This document shows positions 19,040 through 29,240 of a stretch of 64,000 nucleotides of DNA, piece by piece (within the stretch, counting starts at the first letter, position 1; every line of letters starts with the position of its first letter). The notes under the pieces are model-generated. The model was not told where the DNA came from and ran no database searches. It was given only the letters and a program-made list of their open reading frames with translations. The stretch is from Minisyncoccota bacterium. GTDB taxonomy: Bacteria > Patescibacteriota > Minisyncoccia > JAHIHE01 > JAGLIN01. Position numbers and translations under genes: made by a program. The stretch covers positions 3,873 to 67,872 of the forward strand of contig JAGLJF010000003.1 in assembly GCA_023142595.1 (NCBI GenBank), written 5' to 3'.

Positions 19040-20020
19040 TTATAAATTATTTTTTAAGATAGCTTTTCTGATTTCTTCAACGCTTTTTGATGAATCTGTA
19101 TTATTTATTTCAAATCCTGAAGCAAGTTTGTGTCCTCCTCCTCCAAGACTTCTGGCTATTCTAGAAACATCAATGCCTTTATATTCCTCGCTACGAAGAC
19201 TTCCTTTTATTTTATTATTCATAGACTCGGTTAAAAGCAAGGAAAACTTTGCATCACTTATTGTGTTGATAACATTTACAAGTCCCATAAGTTCTTCTTC
19301 TTTAACTCCAAGATTATCCATATCAGATTTATTTATATAAGAAACAGCCATTCCATTTTCTGGATCAGTTTGAATTCTCTCCAATGCTATTCCCCATAGT
19401 TTTATTGCCGCTAAACTTTTGGTGCTAAAAATGTTCTTTGCAATTTTATCAACACGCGAACCTTTTTTCATAAATTCTGCAGCCGCCTGAAGTGATTCTG
19501 AATCCGTGTTGTTGTGTTGAAAACCTCCAGTATCCGTAAAAATTCCAGTCAATAAACAATTTGCAATATCTTTGGAAATATTTATCTTCATTTCTTTCAA
19601 TAAATTAAAAACCAAAACGGCAGTTGACGATGTCTTGTGGTCTATGATTTCAACACAATTTTTGACATTGTCACATTCTGTTTTATTTTTAGGATGATGG
19701 TCAATAATTAACAAATTATCAAAAGAAGAAACAATGTCTTCAATACCATCAATGCCCGTTCTGGAAAAAAGCGCGCAATCCAAAAGAACAATCAAATTTT
19801 GATGTTCTGGATTAATTTTATTTTTAATTTGTGAAACTTCTGGCAGAAAATCAAAGACGCTCGGCACAATATCTTTGGAAAAACATTTCACTTTTTTGCC
19901 AATAGATTTTAGTCCCTCGGCCGATCCAAGCATAGATCCAATGGCGTCTCCGTCTGGATTTTTGTGTGACAGAATAAGAATATTTTCACTAGATTGTATC
20001 AAGTTGATTGCCTGTTGCAT
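19040..20020 (-). CDS. nrnA: DHH family oligoribonuclease/PAP phosphatase NrnA
   Basis: HKNPDGDA, IDHH, DTGGF and GGGGHKLASG motifs. Confidence 0.93.
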   Translation of the reverse strand: MQQAINLIQSSENILILSHKNPDGDAIGSMLGSAEGLKSIGKKVKCFSKDIVPSVFDFLPEVSQIKNKINPEHQNLIVLLDCALFSRTGIDGIEDIVSSFDNLLIIDHHPKNKTECDNVKNCVEIIDHKTSSTAVLVFNLLKEMKINISKDIANCLLTGIFTDTGGFQHNNTDSESLQAAAEFMKKGSRVDKIAKNIFSTKSLAAIKLWGIALERIQTDPENGMAVSYINKSDMDNLGVKEEELMGLVNVINTISDAKFSLLLTESMNNKIKGSLRSEEYKGIDVSRIARSLGGGGHKLASGFEINNTDSSKSVEEIRKAILKNNL

Positions 20021-20028
20021 ATGTTTTT

Positions 20029-20373
20029 TTATTTATCGTCTTTATGTATTTTTTTAATCAGTTCATCAATTTTTTTTACCTGTTCTCCTGTTTCATCAAT
20101 CTTAAAAACAATTCTTGGTAATGGATTCATAACAAGTTTTTTGTTGATCTTTTTTTGGATGAAATAAATATTTTCCCTAAGAGCTTCTTTGACTTCATTC
20201 TTTTTCTCAAATGGCAGAACACTAATAAAAACATCCGCATAACGGAGGTCTTTGGAAACGCTTGCGCTGATGATTGTCACCAAGATATCTAGAGGAAAAT
20301 TCATTTCAGAAAGAAGAGCTTTCCCCACTTCTTGTTTGATGAGTTCGTTAACTTTTTCAATTCTTTGACTCAC
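20029..20373 (-). CDS. rbfA: Ribosome-binding factor A
   Basis: RIEKVNELIKQE, VSKDLRYA, P.I.F..D; follows infB. Confidence 0.93.
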   Translation of the reverse strand: MSQRIEKVNELIKQEVGKALLSEMNFPLDILVTIISASVSKDLRYADVFISVLPFEKKNEVKEALRENIYFIQKKINKKLVMNPLPRIVFKIDETGEQVKKIDELIKKIHKDDK

Positions 20374-20392
20374 AATATTATTCGATAAAAAA

Positions 20393-22213
20393 TTATAGTT
20401 TTCTTTTCACAAGTTCTTTTTTATAAAAATGCAGAACATCTTCTTCTTCGATAATAATATCTCCTTCATATGTTATTCCAGCATCATTTCCTTTTTTAAC
20501 TCCTTTCACTGCCTTCTTATTTGCCTGAAGTTCCTTGACAGTGCCTCCTCCGACAATCTCTTCATCTCTCAATACTTCAATTAATGCCCCTTTTTCAACT
20601 TTTCCGCTTTCCACTTTCGCCCCCACAATCATATCAACTTTTTTGGCCGATTTTTTGGCTGATTTAAAAATTGCAATTACTTTTCCAATTCCAAGATCTG
20701 TCCTAACTTCTTCTGGCTCAAGAATCAAGGTAAGTCCTTCTTTAATTTCATCAACAAGTTCATAAATAACTTTATAAATTTTTATTTCTACCTTTTCTTT
20801 TTCTGCAAATTTTTCTAAGACAGAGTTGGCATTAACATTAAATCCAATAATTTCTGCTCCTGAAGAATGACACATTTTGATGTCAGTTTCGGTTATATTT
20901 CCAACTCCCATTTTCAAAATCTGAACTGCTACGGTTTCGGATTCGATAGTTTCAAGAATTTGGACTATAGCTTCCAACGATCCTTTAGTGTCTGCTTTCA
21001 ACACAATATTCAATTTTTTTACTTTATGAGATTTTACAAGCTCTTTTATTTTAGCCGTACTGAGAACTTTGTCAGAAGGACCGTCCGACGACTGAAGTTT
21101 ATTAAATTCTTTTACTCTTGTTTCTGCAGCAAGCCGTCCCGATTCTTCAAGAAGAAATGAACCAACTTTTGGAACATCATTTAAACCTAAAATAGTAACT
21201 GGCATAGATGGAGTAGCTTTATGAACTCTTTTTCCGCTAAAATTTTCAATTCTCTTGATTCTTCCCCACATAGATCCAGCACTAATATAATCTCCTTCTT
21301 CCAGTGTTCCATTTTGTATCAAGACAATAGAGACTGGTCCTATTTGAGCATCCATATGAGATTCAATTACAAATCCCTCTGCAATGTCTGACGGATTTGC
21401 TTTAATTTCTTCCATATCAGCCGTCAAAATAATCATATCTAACAGCTCATCAATTCCTTCCCCAGTCTTTGCAGAAACATTAATGCAAATTGTTTTTCCA
21501 CCCCAATCTTCAGGAGCAAGGTCATTTTCTGCAAGCTCTTTTTTGACTTTTTCAATGTTTTTGTCAGCTTTATCGACTTTAGTAATAACAACTATAATCG
21601 GAACTTCAGCCTCTTTTGCAAACATGATAGCTTCTTTTGTTTGAGGCTTAACACCATCATCTGAAGCAACCACAATTACTGCCAAATCTGTAATATATGC
21701 CCCTCTTTCTCTCATAGAATAAAATGCTTCATGTCCAGGAGTATCGATAAAAGTTATGGTTTCCCCTTTTTTCTTAACTTGATAGGCACTAAAATTCTGA
21801 GTAATTCCACCGGACTCTCCGCTGGCTACATTTGTCTCAAGAATTTTATCCAAAAGAGTAGTCTTTCCATGATCAACATGTCCCATAATTACAACAACTG
21901 GAGGTCTTTTTTTGGCACCAGGCCCTGTATATTTTTTCATCTGTAATTTTCTCTTTTCGGCAATAGATTCTGATTTTTCCAACGTAAAATCAAAATGATC
22001 GGCAATAATTTCAGCAGTATCAAAATCAAGATATTCATTTATATTAGCAAAGATTCTGTTTTTAATAAGTTCTGAAATTAATTCAGTTGACTTTATTTCC
22101 ATTTTCTCAGCCAAATCCTTAACCATGATTTTTTCAGGCATCTGAAGAACCTTCTTGATATTTTCAGTTTTGGCATCTTCTTTTTCAATTTCTTCTTCTT
22201 GTTGCTTGACCAT
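20393..22213 (-). CDS. infB: Translation initiation factor IF-2
   Basis: RPPVVVIMGHVDHGKTTLLD, DTPGHEAF, KADTKGSLEA. Confidence 0.98.
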   Translation of the reverse strand: MVKQQEEEIEKEDAKTENIKKVLQMPEKIMVKDLAEKMEIKSTELISELIKNRIFANINEYLDFDTAEIIADHFDFTLEKSESIAEKRKLQMKKYTGPGAKKRPPVVVIMGHVDHGKTTLLDKILETNVASGESGGITQNFSAYQVKKKGETITFIDTPGHEAFYSMRERGAYITDLAVIVVASDDGVKPQTKEAIMFAKEAEVPIIVVITKVDKADKNIEKVKKELAENDLAPEDWGGKTICINVSAKTGEGIDELLDMIILTADMEEIKANPSDIAEGFVIESHMDAQIGPVSIVLIQNGTLEEGDYISAGSMWGRIKRIENFSGKRVHKATPSMPVTILGLNDVPKVGSFLLEESGRLAAETRVKEFNKLQSSDGPSDKVLSTAKIKELVKSHKVKKLNIVLKADTKGSLEAIVQILETIESETVAVQILKMGVGNITETDIKMCHSSGAEIIGFNVNANSVLEKFAEKEKVEIKIYKVIYELVDEIKEGLTLILEPEEVRTDLGIGKVIAIFKSAKKSAKKVDMIVGAKVESGKVEKGALIEVLRDEEIVGGGTVKELQANKKAVKGVKKGNDAGITYEGDIIIEEEDVLHFYKKELVKRKL

Positions 22214-22237
22214 TTTTATTTAAAATTATGTAATTTA

Positions 22238-22735
22238 TCAACTATTTGAGGCAATCGCTAGAGCCTTTTCTTCTTCTTCGCTAAGCTTATATTCAGACTT
22301 TCCTTCAATAATCTGCTTTGAATAAACCTTAACTCCATCTCTTGAATATAGACTAAGTATAATAACACCGCTCAACGAATTGTCAAGAAGTGCAATTGCA
22401 AAACTTTGGTTTCCACCGACATCTCCAAATGGATTAAATCTAACAACCCCTACTTTCTGAATACATTTTTTGATATTCTCTCGAATTTCTTCATTCTCTT
22501 TGTATATTTTGTCTATATTCTCGTTAATTTTGTTAGAATTTTTTATCTGATTATAGATAACTTCTTCAAGGTCTTTACTTTGCTTCCCAGTAAAAAAGCT
22601 TCTTGTCTTTTTCTTTATGTTTTTCAAACTCAAACTTAAATAAGTATTCCATGCAAATAAAAAAATCAAAATTGCAATTCCAACGATAATTACAGCTTCT
22701 TGATTATTATTAAAGATGTTTATAATTTCTGACAT
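22238..22735 (-). CDS. DUF4446 family protein
   Basis: QKVGVVRFNPFGDVGGNQSFAIALLD, SEYKLSEEE. Confidence 0.9.
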   Translation of the reverse strand: MSEIINIFNNNQEAVIIVGIAILIFLFAWNTYLSLSLKNIKKKTRSFFTGKQSKDLEEVIYNQIKNSNKINENIDKIYKENEEIRENIKKCIQKVGVVRFNPFGDVGGNQSFAIALLDNSLSGVIILSLYSRDGVKVYSKQIIEGKSEYKLSEEEEKALAIASNS

Positions 22736-23057
22736 TTATTTTATATAGATTAAAGATAAAACTAAAAAAGCTACTATGTAACTATACACATAATAGCTTT
22801 TGTGTCGTTATAAGTCAATGAAGAAATAAACAATTTTAAATTCAAAAAATGACGACCGAAGATCCTAAATGATACAAATCTAAACCTAGCGATTGAGGAG
22901 AGAGATTTTTCGCCTTATAGTTATTATAATGAACGAAAAACGCTATTTTTAGACCTGATTAGGACAACTTCAATCGCCCTTTTTTGAAAATAATTCTTCT
23001 TAATTTATTGCTTCCGATATATTATCAGAAGTTTTTTTAAACCTACCTTTTTGATTT

Positions 23058-23166
23058 TGTCATCCTGAACTTGTTTCAGGATCTTTCGTAATATTAGTAT
23101 CATTCTAATAATCTCACAAAACTAGAAGTTGCATACGACAGATTCTAAACTAAATTCAGAATGACA
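23058..23166. repeat. TGTC-family type A element
   Basis: TGTCATCCTGAACTTGTTTCAGGATCT...ACGACAGATTCTAAACTAAATTCAGAATGACA. Confidence 0.9.
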
Positions 23167-23286
23167 ATTGTAAAAGATAAACTTAAAAAAATAGAAGGGA
23201 GATTTTAGATTTTTTTATCTAGGCATACATTTTTGTATGTTCTCCTGTTTGGTGTGTAACCAAACAACCCTGTGAGCAGATTAGGT

Positions 23287-24018
23287 CTACTCTTTCTCTT
23301 CTTTATGTACCCTTGTTACAGGGTGCCAATAATTTTTCTGAGAATGACGATGATAAAGAACATCGTCTTTCACCTTTCTCTCCTCCCCGTCAAACTTAGG
23401 AAGAAGAGCCTCAATTCCTCCGATAGGATCTGAACATTTTTCCTCTTCAAAGAGAGGAGAAAATTCATTTTCAATCTTTTCGTAAGCTTCACCTTTTCCT
23501 GGTGAAACTTCCCATGCCAAAGTGTAATCACTTTGACCTTCTTCGATAAAAACTGATAATGGCTTGAATCGAGCCATCAGTTCAACAGCTTTTATTGCTG
23601 CTTCCGCTGTGTTGGGATTACTATGACCCCAACTACTAGCATGAGTCACCAGCTGAGTAAATACTGTCGTGCTCGGAAGCACTATAGCATTTATTGGTCT
23701 CTTCAACTTTACAAGACCTTTATATTTTTGCCATGACATTCCTTGAATGCCATGAATTTCAGTAGTGAATACACTAGCACTGTATGTCCTTATTGACGGA
23801 CATACATTCACAAACCCAGCAGATTCCTGAGCTTTATATCCTTTCAAAGGAATAATTACAGGCATTTCAGGCTTGAATTTTTCCTCTTTAGTAATCTCAA
23901 TAAGATCACCAACTTCTCCTCCAAATCGGAGAACAAATGCCCCAGACTGTGTCTGGGTAACATCTACAACAGATACTGACAAGTTTCTATTGCCAGTATT
24001 AATATATAATGCATTCAT
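23287..24018 (-). CDS. Hypothetical protein
   Basis: 243-aa ORF with GAGGTGA RBS; no recognised motif. Confidence 0.7.
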   Translation of the reverse strand: MNALYINTGNRNLSVSVVDVTQTQSGAFVLRFGGEVGDLIEITKEEKFKPEMPVIIPLKGYKAQESAGFVNVCPSIRTYSASVFTTEIHGIQGMSWQKYKGLVKLKRPINAIVLPSTTVFTQLVTHASSWGHSNPNTAEAAIKAVELMARFKPLSVFIEEGQSDYTLAWEVSPGKGEAYEKIENEFSPLFEEEKCSDPIGGIEALLPKFDGEERKVKDDVLYHRHSQKNYWHPVTRVHKEEKE

Positions 24019-24240
24019 AATATCACCTCTCCCACTTCCTTTTCAGATAATTCCAAGAAGCGAGATTTTATATTTAGACTATAACAGTCAAAGCATTCAC
24101 CAAATCCGTTAGTAAATATTTTGACTATTATAATCAAGATGACAAACACAAAAAATTTTATGTTTTTTCTTCTTTTTTCAAAGAACATTTTCACCTCCGA
24201 TAATTTATCAGAAGCTTTTTCAAACCTACCTTTTTAATTT

Positions 24241-24269
24241 TGTCATCCTGAACTTGTTTCAGAATGACA
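24241..24269. repeat. Collapsed type A element (interior missing) within a duplicate of the 23013-23190 context
   Basis: TGTCATCCTGAACTTGTTTCAGAATGACA with the same flanks as the 23058 copy. Confidence 0.85.
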
Positions 24270-24593
24270 ATTGTAAAAGATAAACTTAAAAAAAGAAAAG
24301 AAGAAATATGTTAATTATTCTTTGGAGACATTATGTCATCTCCATTTGGATAATCACCTGCTGTCATTATGTTTCACCTCCGTGCAAATTATTTCTTCTT
24401 TTTTTGAGAATATTATTTTTTAATATCCTCCTTGTTAAATGTTTTTTCAACCCCTCTTTGCAAAACATAGAGGTTGATGTAAATGAGTCTGGGTATTGTT
24501 GGTTTAACGGGTCTATATGATTTTAGCCGTAACCTCAACTCTCTCCTCTTTTACATCAATCTATATGCTTTGTTTATTGCAGTGTGACTCAAG

Positions 24594-24703
24594 TGTCATC
24601 CTGAACTTGTTTCAGGATCTTTTGTTTTATGGGCAATGTTTCTAATAATTTCACAAAACTAGAAATTGCAATCGACAGATTCTGAAATAAATTCAGAATG
24701 ACA
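24594..24703. repeat. TGTC-family type A element
   Basis: Both hairpin ends present; interior TCACAAAACTAGAA.TTGCA shared with the 23058 copy. Confidence 0.9.
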
Positions 24704-24713
24704 GCAAACAAAC

Positions 24714-24765
24714 AAAAAACGGATAGGAATATTTCTTTGAAAAAGAGTGTCCTAACCGTTTTTTT
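24714..24765. terminator. Bidirectional terminator-like hairpin
   Basis: AAAAAACGGATAGGA...TCCTAACCGTTTTTTT. Confidence 0.55.
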
Positions 24766-24991
24766 ATATAGAAAAGGTCAGTTGGTAAATTAAATCTATA
24801 TTTATAGATAAATATATGATTCAATAATTCTCTCCTCAAAAAATTAATAATCGCTATATTCAATTTTTAAATTACTGCACTTTCTTACCATAACAGAGTA
24901 TTTTAACATACTTTGCAAATCTTGTCAAGGGGTTAATATAAATCCATTTTAGAATATTTATAGACTTTAATTTATATGCTATAATGTCTTT

Positions 24992-27028
24992 ATGAATAAA
25001 ATCTTAGAAAACTTAAACGACAAACAAAAAGAGGCCGTGACTACAATTGAGGGGCCTGTTTTGGTTATTGCTGGTCCTGGTTCTGGAAAAACAAGAGTGC
25101 TCACGCATCGCGTGGTTTATGCTATTGCTCAAAAAAATATTCCCAAAGAGAGTATTCTAGCAGTCACTTTCACAAACAAGGCTGCCAAAGAAATGAAAAA
25201 CAGAATCGTGTCTTTGCTGGGAAGTATGAATGCGTTAGGTTCTGACAAAAAAGCATTTCACAAAGCAATCAATTCATATTCAACTTCTTTTGCAACAGAC
25301 TTTCCGACAATCTCAACTTTTCACAGTCTCTGCGTGAAAATTTTGCGAGACGAAGCTGAACACATCGGTTACAAAAGAGATTTTGTCATTTTTGATAGCG
25401 ATGACCAAAAATCCTTGATCAAAAAAATAATGAAAGAATTACAAATTGATACAGAAAGCTTTAATCCACGAACGATTTTGGCAGAAATTTCCAATGCCAA
25501 GAATGAACTTCGAAATCCAAAAACATATGAGGAGATGATTGACGGATATAAAGAGGAAACCGTAAGTAAAATTTATAATATATACCAAAAGAGACTCAAA
25601 GAAAATAACTCGATGGATTTTGATGATTTGATTATGCAAACTAGCATTTTGTTTTTCACAAATCCTAAAATTCTGGAAAAATATCAAGACAAGTTCAGAT
25701 ATATTATGGTTGATGAATATCAAGACACAAACCATGCTCAATATAAGCTGGTTAATCTTTTGAGTAAAAAACACAAAAATATTTTTGTAGTTGGTGATGA
25801 TTGGCAGAGTATTTATAAATGGCGTGGTGCTGATATCAAAAATATTTTGGAGTTTGAAAAAAGTTATGCTGGCGCAAAAACAATTCTTTTAGAACAAAAT
25901 TATCGCTCTACGCAAAAAATTCTTGATGCTTCGTATAGCATTATCGCCAAAAATGTAAATCGAAAAGAAAAAAGTCTTTGGAGCAAAAAAGAGTCTGGTT
26001 TTCCAATTACAGTTTATGAAGCAGCTAATGAAAAAGGAGAAGCAGAGTTTATTATTTCAGAAATTGCTAAAGCTAATACAAAAGACAACTTAAGGCTTAA
26101 TGAAATCGCGATTTTGTACAGAACGAACGCTCAATCTCGTTCGATCGAAGAAGCCTTTTTGCAATATAATGTTCCATATCGAATTATAGGTGGAATCAAA
26201 TTTTATATGAGAAAGGAAATCAAAGACATTATAGCCTACTTCAGGCTCATTCAAAATCCAACAGATTTAATGAGTTTTGAAAGAGTGGTCAATACTCCAA
26301 AAAGAGGACTTGGCAAATCAACATATGAAAAAATCATCTCGGAAAGTCGCAATCAAGGAAAAGGTATTGTAGAAATTATTTCGAATTACAACAAGGGAGA
26401 TATTTCTGCGAAAAGATTAGAAAGTTTGGTTGGCTTTGCAAAGATAATTGAGAATTGCAAAGAAAAAACAAAAACAATGAAAATCAAAGAGGTTTTGGAA
26501 TATCTTTTGACAAATATAAACTATGAATTATATATCAAAGACGGAACAGATGAAGGAGAATCGAGATGGGAAAATGTAAAAGAACTTTTCACGGCTGTTG
26601 AAAAATATGACGATTTTACAGCCGAAAAATCATTGAATCTTTTTTTGGAAGAAGTTGCCTTGGCGACCGATTTGGATAAAGTAGACGAAAAACAAGACGC
26701 GGTCACTTTAATGACATTGCATTCTGCAAAAGGGTTGGAATATGATACGGTTTTTATTATTGGATTGGAAGAGGGACTACTTCCTCATGCGATGAGTTTG
26801 AGCGATGAGTTTGAAATGGAAGAAGAAAGAAGATTGTGCTATGTTGGATTGACTCGAGCAAAAAACCGAGCTCATCTTGTTTTTGCCCGTGTACGAAGAA
26901 TTTTTGGCTCCACTCAATCAAACTATCCTTCTCGATTTATATCTGATATTCCCGATCATCTTGTTGATATGCAAAATCAGGGTTATAGTTATTTAGATAG
27001 TGATGAAAGTGAAGCAAATTACTTGTAA
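24992..27028 (+). CDS. pcrA: ATP-dependent DNA helicase PcrA/UvrD
   Basis: AGPGSGKT, VDEYQDTN, QNYRS, TLHSAKGLE, EERRLCYVGLTRA. Confidence 0.96.
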   Translation: MNKILENLNDKQKEAVTTIEGPVLVIAGPGSGKTRVLTHRVVYAIAQKNIPKESILAVTFTNKAAKEMKNRIVSLLGSMNALGSDKKAFHKAINSYSTSFATDFPTISTFHSLCVKILRDEAEHIGYKRDFVIFDSDDQKSLIKKIMKELQIDTESFNPRTILAEISNAKNELRNPKTYEEMIDGYKEETVSKIYNIYQKRLKENNSMDFDDLIMQTSILFFTNPKILEKYQDKFRYIMVDEYQDTNHAQYKLVNLLSKKHKNIFVVGDDWQSIYKWRGADIKNILEFEKSYAGAKTILLEQNYRSTQKILDASYSIIAKNVNRKEKSLWSKKESGFPITVYEAANEKGEAEFIISEIAKANTKDNLRLNEIAILYRTNAQSRSIEEAFLQYNVPYRIIGGIKFYMRKEIKDIIAYFRLIQNPTDLMSFERVVNTPKRGLGKSTYEKIISESRNQGKGIVEIISNYNKGDISAKRLESLVGFAKIIENCKEKTKTMKIKEVLEYLLTNINYELYIKDGTDEGESRWENVKELFTAVEKYDDFTAEKSLNLFLEEVALATDLDKVDEKQDAVTLMTLHSAKGLEYDTVFIIGLEEGLLPHAMSLSDEFEMEEERRLCYVGLTRAKNRAHLVFARVRRIFGSTQSNYPSRFISDIPDHLVDMQNQGYSYLDSDESEANYL

Positions 27029-27093
27029 TATAAAAAATAGAGATCAAGGACCCTTATATAGGTCTTCAATCTCTGCCCAGTAAAATGAAGCTT

Positions 27094-27495
27094 TTATTTT
27101 CTAATCAATCGGACTTTTCTTCCAGTCGATCTGAAATTTTCTTTTAGCAGGTCAATCGGATCTTCGGCATGAGTTAGTAAGCAGAAGTTTTCAATCAGAG
27201 CTTCTTCTGAGAAAACCTTAGTTTCTTCTTCGGTCGTTTTCAGCCAAGTTAAATGAAATTCACACAAAGAATCGCTATTTTGATGAACTCGTTTTTTTGT
27301 TATTTTTATTCCAAAACTATTTTCGGAGAAAATTTGCCACTCTGCATCGAACTTGATTGTGTCGATAACTTCCCGGATAAACTTTTTCAAATCCTGGATT
27401 TTCTTTCTTTCTTCTTCTTTTTCCACAATTTTTTTTCTCTCTTCCTCATCGAATCTCTCTTCTTCTGTCAATAACTCTGCTTTTATTGATTTCAT
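27094..27495 (-). CDS. Hypothetical protein
   Basis: ORF track gives start 27558; ATG at 27495 follows AAGGTG. Confidence 0.55.
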   Translation of the reverse strand: MKSIKAELLTEEERFDEEERKKIVEKEEERKKIQDLKKFIREVIDTIKFDAEWQIFSENSFGIKITKKRVHQNSDSLCEFHLTWLKTTEEETKVFSEEALIENFCLLTHAEDPIDLLKENFRSTGRKVRLIRK

Positions 27496-27699
27496 TTTAT
27501 AGCACCTTAATTTTTTTGTATATTTATAATAAATGAATTTTTTGTTTCGTTTAGTCAAGATATTTCTTGCACATTCCTACATTTACAGGTAATATGTCTC
27601 AAGCAATCCTAGCGAGAGGATGAGAAACTAACTCGGAATACTATCATAGTATAATATATTTGTCAATAACCGCATAATAATATTTAATAAGCTAAAATT

Positions 27700-28536
27700 A
27701 TGCTTTCAAAAGAAGAAATTCAAAAAATATTCAAAACTCCAAACATGGCAATTCTCAAAAGCTTGGGACAGAATTTTTTGATTGACGAAACTGTTTTGAA
27801 AAATATAATTACTTGTTCAGATTTAAATAAAGATGGCGTTGTAATTGAGATTGGTCCAGGACTTGGAACTTTGACTGAAGAGCTTTCAAAAAAATGTAAA
27901 AAAGTTATTGCCATCGAAAAGGACAATGAGTTTGCGCAAATGCTTGAAGGAAAATTTGAAAATGTGGAAGTGATTAATGGTGATATTCTGCAAATGAATA
28001 TTAATGAGCTGGTTCATAAATATTCTCAAAACGGAAAATTCAAACTTGTTTCCAACATCCCCTATTATATTACCTCTCCAATTATAAAATTATTTCTAGA
28101 AAATGCCATCCAACCAGAAGTCATTGTTTTGTTGATGCAAAAAGAAGTGGCTCAAAGAATTTGTGAAAAACCAGGAAAACTGAGTATGATTGCGCTAGGC
28201 GTTCAAGTTTATGGAGAACCTGAAATTGTCGGTTTCGTTAAAAATACTTCTTTCTATCCAGCGCCAAAAGTTGATTCGGCAATTTTGAAAATAAAAAATA
28301 TAAAACGAGAATTTTCTGACGAATATTATCAAAAGTTATTTCGAATTATGAAAATTGGTTTTTCATCCAAAAGAAAAAAATTATTGAACAATCTTTCAGC
28401 AGGTTTGCAAATCGAAAAAAAGGAAGCAGAAAAATTTCTTAATCAGACAGAGATCGATTTGAAAGTCCGCGCGCAAGAATTGAGCATTGAACAATGGGAA
28501 AAATTAATGGAAGTTTACACGACCGTAGAGACGTAG
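27700..28536 (+). CDS. rsmA: 16S rRNA dimethyladenosine transferase RsmA/KsgA
   Basis: KSLGQNFL, EIGPGLG.LT, NIPYYITS, PAPKVDSA. Confidence 0.97.
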   Translation: MLSKEEIQKIFKTPNMAILKSLGQNFLIDETVLKNIITCSDLNKDGVVIEIGPGLGTLTEELSKKCKKVIAIEKDNEFAQMLEGKFENVEVINGDILQMNINELVHKYSQNGKFKLVSNIPYYITSPIIKLFLENAIQPEVIVLLMQKEVAQRICEKPGKLSMIALGVQVYGEPEIVGFVKNTSFYPAPKVDSAILKIKNIKREFSDEYYQKLFRIMKIGFSSKRKKLLNNLSAGLQIEKKEAEKFLNQTEIDLKVRAQELSIEQWEKLMEVYTTVET

Positions 28537-28553
28537 CAATGCTGCGTCTCTAC
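28525..28553. repeat. GTAG-type REP (family E); supplies the rsmA stop codon
   Basis: GTAGAGACGTAGCAATGCTGCGTCTCTAC. Confidence 0.9.
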
Positions 28554-28585
28554 AACAATAGATAATATAAATTAAAAATTTTGAT

Positions 28586-29203
28586 ATGTCTCGGCTATAT
28601 AAGAATAAATTCAAAACTGAATCAACGAGATTGAAAAAATGGGACTATTCACAGAATGGTTTTTATTTTGTGACGATTTGCACGAATAATCATCAGTTGT
28701 TTTTTGGTGATGTAAAAAAATCAGAATCAGAACATTGTCCAATTTTTGAAATGAAAAAATCGCCCATTGGCAAAATCGCCGAAAAATATTGGTTAGAAAT
28801 TCCAAAACATTTTTCAAATGTAAAATTAGATGTATTTGTAATTATGCCAAACCATTTACACGGGGTAATTGAAATTTGTGATGATATTGTGATTGATAAA
28901 AATAAACCGTGCAAACATGTAGAGACGCAGCAATGCTGCGTCTCTACAACAACAAATAATGAATCAAAAACATTTTATAGATTAATTCCAAAATCACTGC
29001 CTGTTATTATTCGCTCATTTAAATCAATTTGTACAAAAACAATAAATCAGAAATTTGATGATAGAAATTTTTCCTGGCAATCGAAATACTATGATCATAT
29101 TATTAGAGATGAAAAATCATTAGACGAAATCAGAAAATATATTATTGATAATCCCGCAAAATGGGATTTGGATAAGAATGTTGTTGAGAATTTTTATAAA
29201 TAG
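28586..29203 (+). mobile_element. REP-associated tyrosine transposase (RAYT, Y1 HUH transposase)
   Basis: WDYSQNGFYFVTICT, VIMPNHLH (HUH), WQSKYYDHIIRDE, YIIDNP; REPs on both sides and inside. Confidence 0.92.
28919..28947. repeat. GTAG-type REP (family E), in frame inside the RAYT
   Basis: GTAGAGACGCAGCAATGCTGCGTCTCTAC encodes VETQQCCVST. Confidence 0.9.
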
Positions 29204-29240
29204 CAAAATCCATCAGATTCAATTTGTGAAAATTTATATG

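Noticed and set aside
27570-27640. Possible riboswitch between ORF 27094 and rsmA
   Set aside because: Some pairing is possible, but no recognisable aptamer consensus was found.
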